18,144 bases of DNA from positions 1-18,144 of the forward strand of contig JBAXKK010000053.1 of assembly GCA_037137395.1 (NCBI GenBank). The letters run 5' to 3'. The notes below the pieces were generated by a model, which was not told the DNA's origin, did not search any database, and was given only the letters and a program-made list of their open reading frames with translations. A program made the position numbers and the translations under genes. The stretch is from Elusimicrobiota bacterium (GTDB lineage Bacteria; Elusimicrobiota; Elusimicrobia; Elusimicrobiales; UBA9959). This document shows, piece by piece, positions 1 through 7,076 of the stretch; the first letter of the stretch is position 1, and every line of letters starts with the position of its first letter.

Positions 1-1
1 A

Positions 2-625
2 TTCATTGTATTTGAAGGGCCGGACCGGTCCGGTAAATCCACCCAGGTCAGGCTTCTGTCCGCCTGGTTGGAGAAAAACAACCTCAAAACTGTTTTAACG
101 CGCGAACCCGGCGGCGCCCGCATTTCCAAAGCCATCCGCGATGTACTCCTAGACCCGGGGAATAAAATCAACCCGTTGACGGAACTTCTGCTATACGAGG
201 CCGCCAGAGCCCAGCATACCGCCGACATAATACGGCCGGCCCTGAAAGCCGGTAAGATAGTTATCTCGGACCGTTTCACAATGGCCACCACCGCCTACCA
301 GGGCTACGGCAGGAAGCTCGACCTGAAAATGGTAGAGACTCTCAACAGCATAGCCACTACCGGCCTTAAGCCTGACCTGACCGTAGTTTTTACTATGCCC
401 GACAACGAGTTTTTTAAGCGCGGAAAAAATCTAAGGTCCGACAGGATGGAGCGCCAGGACACGACTTTCAGGCTCAGGGTCAACAAGGCCTACGCGGTCC
501 TTGCGAAGCGTAAAGGCTCTTTTAAGGTTGACGCCACCGGAACAGTGGAGAAGATACACGCCGCCATCACCGCCAAACTGTCGGCCTTCGGCGTTATCCA
601 CGATAAAGTTGCTCGTTTGCCATAA
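2..625 (+). CDS. tmk: Thymidylate (dTMP) kinase, 5' end outside the window
   Basis: The frame is open from nt 2 and reads FIVFEGPDRSGKSTQ (P-loop), then TREPGG, LLYEAARAQH, SDRF and AYQGYGR. The ORF-track TTG start at 68 is internal. tmk-holB adjacency is typical. Confidence 0.96.
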   Translation, partial: FIVFEGPDRSGKSTQVRLLSAWLEKNNLKTVLTREPGGARISKAIRDVLLDPGNKINPLTELLLYEAARAQHTADIIRPALKAGKIVISDRFTMATTAYQGYGRKLDLKMVETLNSIATTGLKPDLTVVFTMPDNEFFKRGKNLRSDRMERQDTTFRLRVNKAYAVLAKRKGSFKVDATGTVEKIHAAITAKLSAFGVIHDKVARLP

Positions 626-763
626 GCCGTATGGGCGCCGCGCCCGCCATAAGCCATAATGCTTTAGGCCATACGCAGAAACTTTAAGAAACTCCTTGAG
701 AAGCTTACGGCCTATGGCTTAAAGCTTATGGCAGTTATTCTGCTCTATGGCTTATGGCAATGG
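619..763. repeat. Degenerate heptamer array (GCCATAA / CTTATGG) arranged as inverted arms
   Basis: Left units: GCCATAA 619-625, GCCGTAT 626-632, GCCATAA 646-652 and 653-659, GCTTTAG 661-667, GCCATAC 668-674. Right units in complementary orientation: CTTACGG 704-710, CCTATGG 711-717, CTTAAAG 718-724, CTTATGG 725-731 and 751-757. Confidence 0.85.
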
Positions 764-788
764 AAATAGCCGTATCAACGATTAATTT

Positions 789-1838
789 ATGTCTTTTAAA
801 AACATCCTTGGTCACGAAAGCACTATAAAAAAGCTGAAAGCGCTCATCGCCGGCGGGCGCGTGCCGCCCGCGCTCATGTTTTCCGGCATCGAAGGTGCCG
901 GCAAATTCCTGACGGCAAAAGAATTCGCCAAGGCTCTTAACTGCACCCACACTGCTCCGGAAGGGCCGAAAACCGAAGAAAACCTTTTCGACTCCTCTTC
1001 CGCGCAAGTCCTTCAGCCTTCAGCCTTAAGCCTTAAGCCTTATAATGACGCCTGCGACCTGTGCGTTTCCTGCTCACAAATCAACAAAGGCGTGCATCCC
1101 GACGTGCGAATCATAGACTCCGAATTCCAGGGCCTGCTGATGGACGAGGCCGCCCAAAAGCAGAAGACCTTGCGCATAGACACGGTCAGGGAATTCACGC
1201 GCTACGTCTATCAAAAGGCCGTGCTCTCCCCGTGGAAAATCTTCATAATAAACGACGCCCACACTCTGAACACAAACGCCCAGAACGCCATGCTGAAAAT
1301 ACTGGAGGAACCGCCGCCCAACACGATTTTCATTCTGATAGCTGCCAAAAAAAACCTGCTTCTCCCGACCATAATTTCCCGAAGCTACGCAATAGAGTTC
1401 AGAAGCCTTTCCCCCTCGACCGTTGAAGAACTCCTGGTGCGCGCCGGGATGACGCCTGATGAAGCTTCCGCCATGAGCGAGCTGTCGGGAGGCTCGATGA
1501 AAAAGGCCCGCGATATTAAAAAAATCCGCGACCGCCTTGCCGCGATAACGGCCTACGGGCCCCAAAAGATTTTCAAACTGGTTTCAAGCCTCCCTCGCGA
1601 GCCCTATATGGCGCGCGAAGAGGCTAAGATCATGCTGGATATGCTGCTGGTGTCCGCCAGAAAAACCTGGCTCTCTCAACCGCATGGCAAACCCGCCGCG
1701 GCGCACGCGGCCCTGATCAGAAAACTTCTTCAATATCGCCGATTTCTTAACCAGAACGTATCGCACGGTCTAGTGCTGGAAGCGGCGCTCCTGGAAAGCG
1801 CTAAACTTTCCGTCTCTTTTCTTGGGCCGCGGACCTAA
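789..1838 (+). CDS. holB: DNA polymerase III subunit delta' (clamp loader)
   Basis: N-terminal FKNILGH, GIEGAGK Walker-A-like motif, zinc cysteines LNC...CDLCVSC, HPDV, AQNAMLKILEEPP, LLPTIISR; located directly after tmk. Confidence 0.92.
   Translation: MSFKNILGHESTIKKLKALIAGGRVPPALMFSGIEGAGKFLTAKEFAKALNCTHTAPEGPKTEENLFDSSSAQVLQPSALSLKPYNDACDLCVSCSQINKGVHPDVRIIDSEFQGLLMDEAAQKQKTLRIDTVREFTRYVYQKAVLSPWKIFIINDAHTLNTNAQNAMLKILEEPPPNTIFILIAAKKNLLLPTIISRSYAIEFRSLSPSTVEELLVRAGMTPDEASAMSELSGGSMKKARDIKKIRDRLAAITAYGPQKIFKLVSSLPREPYMAREEAKIMLDMLLVSARKTWLSQPHGKPAAAHAALIRKLLQYRRFLNQNVSHGLVLEAALLESAKLSVSFLGPRT
1010..1044 (+). repeat. Five tandem heptamers CCTT(C/A)AG inside holB
   Basis: CCTTCAG CCTTCAG CCTTAAG CCTTAAG CCTTATA, read directly from the sequence. 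Confidence 0.85.
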
Positions 1839-1865
1839 ACCTCCCGGACATAAAACCAAATATTG

Positions 1866-1916
1866 AGTCCGAAGAAACAAGAAACCGGGCCCTAGAGAAT
1901 CAGAGCCCGGCGGACT
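1866..1916. terminator. Possible stem-loop between convergent holB and pssA
   Basis: CCGGGC 1885-1890 pairs with GCCCGG 1905-1910, and AGTCCG 1866-1871 pairs with CGGACT 1911-1916. There is no clean U-tract. Confidence 0.4.
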
Positions 1917-1935
1917 TATAAAATCTGTCTTGCTG

Positions 1936-2742
1936 TCAATCTTCCTTAGATCCCACGGAACACGCGAGCTTAAAGAGCCCAGCCAGAATGCCGGAGACGG
2001 CGTACAACGAGAAGAATAGGAACAGAGCGTCCTGCGGATAAGCTATTATCAGAAACAGAACGGAGAGGATCAGGAACATCCCCTTTATTGATGCAGGCTT
2101 AAGGAGCCCTCCCTGCTTGAAAGCGGCGTATGGCACGGAGGAAACCATCAAAAACGCCAGGGCAATCATTATAAACGGCGTGATGCCGTAAATGAAAGGC
2201 ATCTGGTCCATAATTATTCTTATACTTCTGACGCTGCCTTGCGCCTCAAGCATGCTGTAAGCCAGGACGAAAGAAGCCAATATGCCGGCGGCCGCGGGTA
2301 TGGGTAAACCCTGAAAATATGCTTTTGAACTGCCGCCGAAATGCGCCTTCACGTTAAAGCGCGCCAGGCGCAGAGCCCCGCATAAAACATAGAGGAACGC
2401 CACCGGGTAGCCCCAGACACCATAATCCTTCAGCACGAAATTATACATCAGATAAGCCGGCGCTATTCCGAAGGACATCCAATCGGAAAGGGAATCTATC
2501 TCCACTCCGAAGGAACTTTCGCCGTGCACCAGCCGGGCGATGCGGCCGTCCAGCATATCCATCACATACGACATGATAATAAACCAGCCTGCCAGAACAT
2601 AATTGCGCTCTGAGGCTGAAATTATGGAGAAAAAACCGAACGCCATATTGGCGATCGTAAAGATAGACGGAAGCACCACGGCCCCGGTCTTTTTCAGTTT
2701 TTCCATGTCTATGCGTTTTTCCTTTACCTGTATTTCATCCAT
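1936..2742 (-). CDS. pssA: CDP-diacylglycerol--serine O-phosphatidyltransferase
   Basis: LPSIFTIANM, CDP-alcohol phosphotransferase motif DMLDGRIAR...GVEIDSLSD, LRLARFN, FQGLPIP; hydrophobic; GAGGA RBS; downstream of psd. Confidence 0.95.
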   Translation of the reverse strand: MDEIQVKEKRIDMEKLKKTGAVVLPSIFTIANMAFGFFSIISASERNYVLAGWFIIMSYVMDMLDGRIARLVHGESSFGVEIDSLSDWMSFGIAPAYLMYNFVLKDYGVWGYPVAFLYVLCGALRLARFNVKAHFGGSSKAYFQGLPIPAAAGILASFVLAYSMLEAQGSVRSIRIIMDQMPFIYGITPFIMIALAFLMVSSVPYAAFKQGGLLKPASIKGMFLILSVLFLIIAYPQDALFLFFSLYAVSGILAGLFKLACSVGSKED

Positions 2743-2809
2743 TTGTTTAAATCCTCGTCACTCTGATAATTTATTCGTATGTTCCAGCCGCCTGAACGCC
2801 TGCGACCAT

Positions 2810-3436
2810 CTACCAAAGCCCCAATACCGTTTCGGCGCCATAAACCTTGTCGCCAGGCTTCACCAGAACGCGTGTGGCGACAGGCAGATATACCGCAACC
2901 TGGGAGCCAAAATAGATCATACCTATCCTGTCGGCTGCCTTCACGGCGTCGCCGGGTTTGACGTAGGCTACTATGCGCCGGGCAATGGAACCGGTAAGCT
3001 GCTCCACATGTGCGAAGCGGCCGTTATCGCCGGTTATCTTTATAAGATTGCGCTCATTTTTGGAAGCTTCCGGCTTATAGGCGATGGCGAACTTACCTTT
3101 GGTATAGGTTACGCTCTCGACTTTCCCCTCCATCGGGGAGCGCTGCAGATGCACATTAAAAACAGAAAGGAAGATGCGCACAACCGTAACGCCGGGGTCG
3201 CCCTCTGTACCGACGCTAAGCACAGTACCGTCGGCGGGACAGATTATTTCGCCGGGGGCGAAAGCCCGATTTCTCTCCGGGTCGCGAAAAAAATAAGCCG
3301 AAAAAAGAGCGAAAAAAACGCCCAGGATCAGCACCGGGACCCCAAGCCATTTCAGCCAGAAAGACGCAACGCCTCCGAGTACGGCCACCGCAACTCCGAT
3401 GCAGATAAGTTTTATCCCCTCAGGAACTATGCTCAT
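2810..3436 (-). CDS. psd: Phosphatidylserine decarboxylase proenzyme
   Basis: FFRDPER, PADG, IFLSVFNVH, NERN, IARRI and the FGS self-cleavage motif (GMIYFGSQV); N-terminal TM helices; GAGGTG RBS. Confidence 0.95.
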   Translation of the reverse strand: MSIVPEGIKLICIGVAVAVLGGVASFWLKWLGVPVLILGVFFALFSAYFFRDPERNRAFAPGEIICPADGTVLSVGTEGDPGVTVVRIFLSVFNVHLQRSPMEGKVESVTYTKGKFAIAYKPEASKNERNLIKITGDNGRFAHVEQLTGSIARRIVAYVKPGDAVKAADRIGMIYFGSQVAVYLPVATRVLVKPGDKVYGAETVLGLW

Positions 3437-3511
3437 AAATTTTCACCTCGCCAAATTTTATCTCACCCGCAATGTCGTTCAGGGTGCACGCAAGCGCGCA
3501 ATACTTAAAAA

Positions 3512-3595
3512 TGGGCAGGGCGGGACTCGAACCCGCACGACCTTGCGGTCAACGGATTTTAAGTCCGTCGCGTCTACCAGTTCCGCCACCAGCCC
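3512..3595 (-). tRNA. tRNA-Leu (anticodon UAA), 84 nt, CCA not encoded
   Basis: Minus strand reads GGGCTGGTGGCGGAACTGGTAGACGCGACGGACTTAAAATCCGTTGACCGCAAGGTCGTGCGGGTTCGAGTCCCGCCCTGCCCA. Anticodon arm ACGGA-CTTAAAA-TCCGT, long variable arm GACC-GCAA-GGTC, T-loop TTCGAGT, discriminator A. Confidence 0.96.
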
Positions 3596-3649
3596 GTAAC
3601 ATCAAAGTCTTCGCTCAACAATCCAAAAGAACATGCCAAATCGCAATTT

Positions 3650-3658
3650 ATTTTAGCA
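3650..3658 (-). promoter_or_regulatory. Candidate extended -10 promoter for tRNA-Leu
   Basis: Minus strand TGCTAAAAT (TGn-TAnnnT) about 55 nt upstream of the tRNA 5' end. Confidence 0.45.
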
Positions 3659-3691
3659 TTTTTACCACTCCCCATAATCAACCCACGGTTC

Positions 3692-4120
3692 TTATTTGCT
3701 TTCCTTCCTCAGTTCCGAGTCACAGACGCGGTAGAAGGAATCACAGGTCATAGACGCCACTTTCTCGCCCGAGGCCTTCTCCCTTATTTCACGATCGTTC
3801 GAAACGATCACGCACCGCACGCCCTCCATAGTGAGGAAATAAGCCCGTTCCAGTAAAAAATCATCAGCTGATTCGCGCCCGCTGAAATAAACTGTCATGG
3901 ACGGGTTGGCAAGAGCGCGCACATGTCTGAATTCGCCGTCAAACACCACGCGGAAAGACGATACGCTTAAAACTTCAAGCCGCGAGACAGCATCCAGCCA
4001 GTTCAGAAACTCCGTCTCGAGCGCGTCCGGCTTACCAGACCGAAGATTATCCCAGAAACTTCTGGAAAAATTAGAACCGTCTATGAGATAAACCGTGGCC
4101 TTTGAGGAGATGCGCTTCAT
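3692..4120 (-). CDS. NYN/PIN-fold ribonuclease, YacP/Rae1-like
   Basis: Acidic motifs YLIDGSN, VVFDG, SADD and VSNDREI in 142 aa; ATGA overlap with the upstream lipoprotein gene. Confidence 0.8.
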   Translation of the reverse strand: MKRISSKATVYLIDGSNFSRSFWDNLRSGKPDALETEFLNWLDAVSRLEVLSVSSFRVVFDGEFRHVRALANPSMTVYFSGRESADDFLLERAYFLTMEGVRCVIVSNDREIREKASGEKVASMTCDSFYRVCDSELRKESK

Positions 4121-5289
4121 TGTTCCCGGACTTCAAGAATTATAACCTTACGCGTGGTTTTCTGAAGCCTCAGCCCGAGTTGATTGATCAAACTGGAATT
4201 GATGCCCGCCGGGTCCCTCGCACCCGTCTGAAACGCGTAATCGTAATATCCTTTAAGACCTGTCTCATCCAGCAGCGGCAGATCGAGCTTTTTTTTGAGC
4301 ATGTCGCACAACAGGTCCACCGGCATATTCTCCGCCTTAAAATCAACGCCGTCCACGGAAACCGCGCTTTTAAGAGCTTTCGTCTTGCTAAAACCTTTTA
4401 CTCCTCCCGGTGCCGGCTTCAGCAGGTAAACCTGCATGTCTTTTTTAGCGGTTTGAAGCCTGAGTCCCAACGCCTTCTCTACGCCCGCAGAGAAGAGATC
4501 CTTCAACTCCCCGGCGCGCTCCCGCGGCATGCGCGCCCGAATATCGTAACGCTTTTTCAGCCTGTCAGAGACCGCCTGGGAGGCGTCTATCTTTGCAGCT
4601 TCCCTATAAAAATATCCAAGCGCGTCGGCCAGCGCCAGATTATAAGCGGTGTAATATCCCGGACCGTAGTCGGAGGCCGTATTGCGGCTCTCCGGTTCGC
4701 CTATATAAAATTCAGCTATCGCGGAGGCTGCGGAGTTTCCCTCATCACGCGTATTTCCCTGCAAGCCATTTATTGGAGGAGCCTGGCCGGCAAGCATGGC
4801 GTTTATCACATCCTCCGTAACTTCGGTCGGGTAGGTAATAGCCGAAACCTTTGAATCCCGGCCTATAAGCACTGTGTGCGGCCGTCCGAAAACACGGTAA
4901 GCCTTAAACACAGCGGCCGGCGCTCCGGGCGCTATCCAGCCTTTGATCGGCGTCCTTTTCAGGAACTCTGAAACATCACTGCCGGCTTCGTCTGTTACAG
5001 CTATAAAAACGACGGGCTTATCTTTAAACTTATCCACCAAATCGTTGAAGTGAGGAATATTCGCGACACAAGGTTCACACCAGGTGGCCCAGAATTCCAG
5101 GACTATAACTTTTCCTTTAAGCTCTTCCAGGCTTTCCAGTTCCTGTACCGGGGCGTTGATTATGCCCGACAGAGCCAGTTGCGGAGCGGCCTCCCCCTTT
5201 TGAACAAGGTTCGGGCGCGCCTGAGGCGCCGGCTTTGAACAAGCCGCCGTTAAAACCGAGAACAAAAGTAATATGAAAATTTTATTCAT
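4117..5289 (-). CDS. Lipoprotein: TlpA/redoxin domain fused to a TIGR03435 (DUF3738)-like domain
   Basis: Signal peptide ending in lipobox TAAC; LKGKVIVLEFWATWCEPC (CxxC); C-terminal RYDIRARMP, LLDETGLKGYYDY and QLGLRLQ motifs that I recognise from TIGR03435 proteins. Confidence 0.78.
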   Translation of the reverse strand: MNKIFILLLFSVLTAACSKPAPQARPNLVQKGEAAPQLALSGIINAPVQELESLEELKGKVIVLEFWATWCEPCVANIPHFNDLVDKFKDKPVVFIAVTDEAGSDVSEFLKRTPIKGWIAPGAPAAVFKAYRVFGRPHTVLIGRDSKVSAITYPTEVTEDVINAMLAGQAPPINGLQGNTRDEGNSAASAIAEFYIGEPESRNTASDYGPGYYTAYNLALADALGYFYREAAKIDASQAVSDRLKKRYDIRARMPRERAGELKDLFSAGVEKALGLRLQTAKKDMQVYLLKPAPGGVKGFSKTKALKSAVSVDGVDFKAENMPVDLLCDMLKKKLDLPLLDETGLKGYYDYAFQTGARDPAGINSSLINQLGLRLQKTTRKVIILEVREQ

Positions 5290-5500
5290 AATAGCAAATC
5301 AGGCAACAAAAATATTAAAAGACTCCCTGCCTATGCGGGTTGCTGAACCAGCGCTATGCGCGCCTATATACCCCGCGGAACGCGCTCTCGCGATGCAAGG
5401 GGCGAGTTTTAACTGAAATTTTAGGGTTAAGAGATAGCAAAGCGCTTTTCATGACTGATATTCTACATAAAATGGGGCTTTGCGGCCCACACAATATTTT

Positions 5501-5529
5501 TTGCTTTACTTCGGGTTTTTTGCTATATT
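5501..5529 (+). promoter_or_regulatory. Sigma70-type promoter for the phosphohexomutase-eno operon
   Basis: TTGCTT 5501-5506, 17-nt spacer, TG at 5521-5522, TATATT 5524-5529. The ATG at 5538 is only 8 nt downstream. Confidence 0.65.
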
Positions 5530-5537
5530 CTCAGTCT

Positions 5538-7034
5538 ATGGCAACCGCAAACATCAAATTCGGCCACTCCGGCTGGCGAGCGATTATCGCCGAAGATTTC
5601 AACCTTAGCAACCTGCGCAGAGTCACCCACGCCGTGGCCGAGCACCTTAAGGAAAACCGCGAATACGGCTATAAAGGCGAGGAGTATCTTCTCCATCTTA
5701 AGAACAGCGGCCGCGTGCCCCCGAAGGTTCAGCATGTTGTAGTGGGATATGACACGCGCTATCTCTCCGAGGAATTCGCCAGGAACGTGGCGGAAGCTTT
5801 CGCTGCCGAAGGACTTACGGTCCTGCTCTCCAACATGGAGGCTCCTGCCCCCGCAGTCGCCTGTACAGTTATGAAAACCTTCGCTGCCGGAGGTCTCATA
5901 TTGACTGCCGGCAACTGCCCGGCCCACTATAGCGGTTTCAAGTGGACCCCATACTGGGGCGGTCCCGCCCTGCCGGAAGTAACGGACGACCTGGAGGCCA
6001 GGATACAGAGCCTGACCATAGCTGAATCGGAAAAATTCATACCATTTGACCACGCGGTATCCGCCGGCGTCATCAAAATTCTGGACTTTCACGAAAACTA
6101 TTTTAAGCAGCTTTATTCTCTGTTAGACGCCGCCGCAATAAAGAAAGCCGGACTAAAAATCGCGGCGGATTCCATTCATGGCGCCGCCCGCACCTATTTG
6201 CGGCCCGCGCTTGAAAAACTCGGCGCGAAAGTTATCCCTCTACGGGAGAACAGGGACGTGCTTTTCGGCGGCCACCCGCCAGACACTGACGAGGAAAATC
6301 TTAAAGAGCTCAAAGCGGCAGTTGTAAAGAACCGGCTGAACCTCGGTCTGGCCTGTAATTGCGACGCCGACAGTTTTGGAATAATAGATTCCGACGGCAC
6401 CTGGATCTCCCCCAACCTGGTGTTTGGACTCGCGCTCGAACATCTGGTTAAGAATCGCGGTTTCAAGGGTAAGATTGCGCGGTCACTAATGACCTCCCAT
6501 TTCGCCGACGCGGTAGGCCGGCAATACGGCCTGACCGTAAGGGAAACGCCCGTGGGCTTCAAACACGTCGGGAATCTGCTGCGCACCGGCCAATATCTGA
6601 TCGGCGGCGAAGAGTCCGGCGGGCTCTCGATAATGGGACACGCGCCGGAGCAGGACGGCATTCTTGCCTGTTTGCTCATGGCGGAGATGGTCGCCTATGA
6701 ACGCCGGCCTATAAAGAAAATATTGGCCGAGCTCAACAAGAAGGTCGGCACTTTCGTCAACTCCAGGATCGACCAGCGCGTGGATAAGGGAGTCAACCTG
6801 GCCGCGGTGTTGGAGAAGCTCACTCACCGTCCGCCCCTGAACCTGTCCGGGGCCTCGGTATGGCGCATAGACCACACCGACGGGTTTAAATTTATAATGA
6901 AAGACGGCAGCTGGATGGGTCTGCGCCCCTCAGACGCTGAACCGACGATAAGAATATACGCCGAGGCTTCGACCAAGCCCCGGATGGAAGCGCTCATAGA
7001 GGCCGGTAAAAAAATAATAAACGGAAAATTTTAA
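5538..7034 (+). CDS. Alpha-D-phosphohexomutase (PGM/PMM) family protein with degenerate catalytic loops
   Basis: IKFGHSGWR, VGYDTR, ETPVGFK, GGEESGG, DGILACLL, DGFK and RPSDAEP..RIYAEA give the full four-domain layout. TASHNP is replaced by TAGNCP and DxDxDR by NCDADS. The likely start is ATG 5538 (MATANIK), not 5340. Confidence 0.88.
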   Translation: MATANIKFGHSGWRAIIAEDFNLSNLRRVTHAVAEHLKENREYGYKGEEYLLHLKNSGRVPPKVQHVVVGYDTRYLSEEFARNVAEAFAAEGLTVLLSNMEAPAPAVACTVMKTFAAGGLILTAGNCPAHYSGFKWTPYWGGPALPEVTDDLEARIQSLTIAESEKFIPFDHAVSAGVIKILDFHENYFKQLYSLLDAAAIKKAGLKIAADSIHGAARTYLRPALEKLGAKVIPLRENRDVLFGGHPPDTDEENLKELKAAVVKNRLNLGLACNCDADSFGIIDSDGTWISPNLVFGLALEHLVKNRGFKGKIARSLMTSHFADAVGRQYGLTVRETPVGFKHVGNLLRTGQYLIGGEESGGLSIMGHAPEQDGILACLLMAEMVAYERRPIKKILAELNKKVGTFVNSRIDQRVDKGVNLAAVLEKLTHRPPLNLSGASVWRIDHTDGFKFIMKDGSWMGLRPSDAEPTIRIYAEASTKPRMEALIEAGKKIINGKF

Positions 7035-7076
7035 GCCCTGACGGCATACACCGGGTTAGATTGAGAGGAGAAAAAC

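Noticed and set aside
20..33. Perfect 14-bp palindrome CCGGACCGGTCCGG
   Set aside because: It is a single copy inside the tmk P-loop codons and is explained by GC-rich coding sequence.
2603..3508. 301-aa plus-strand ORF
   Set aside because: It is the antisense shadow of psd/pssA, with no recognisable motifs and a TTG start without an RBS.
3440..3690. tRNA-Leu as an integration site for an island
   Set aside because: I saw no integrase and no duplicated tRNA 3' end, and the gene downstream of the tRNA is housekeeping psd.
4102..4854. 250-aa plus-strand ORF and the other short overlapping ORFs in the track
   Set aside because: They lie antisense or out of frame to well-supported genes and have no family motifs.
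5470..5510. Minus-strand GTGGGCCGCAAAGCC resembling part of a c-di-GMP-I riboswitch
   Set aside because: There is no GNRA-capped P2 stem or P3/P1 pairing, and it overlaps the predicted promoters. An Rfam covariance search would settle it.
5340..5537. 66-aa N-terminal extension of the phosphohexomutase
   Set aside because: Family similarity starts at MATANIKFG, and the extension spans AT-rich promoter sequence.
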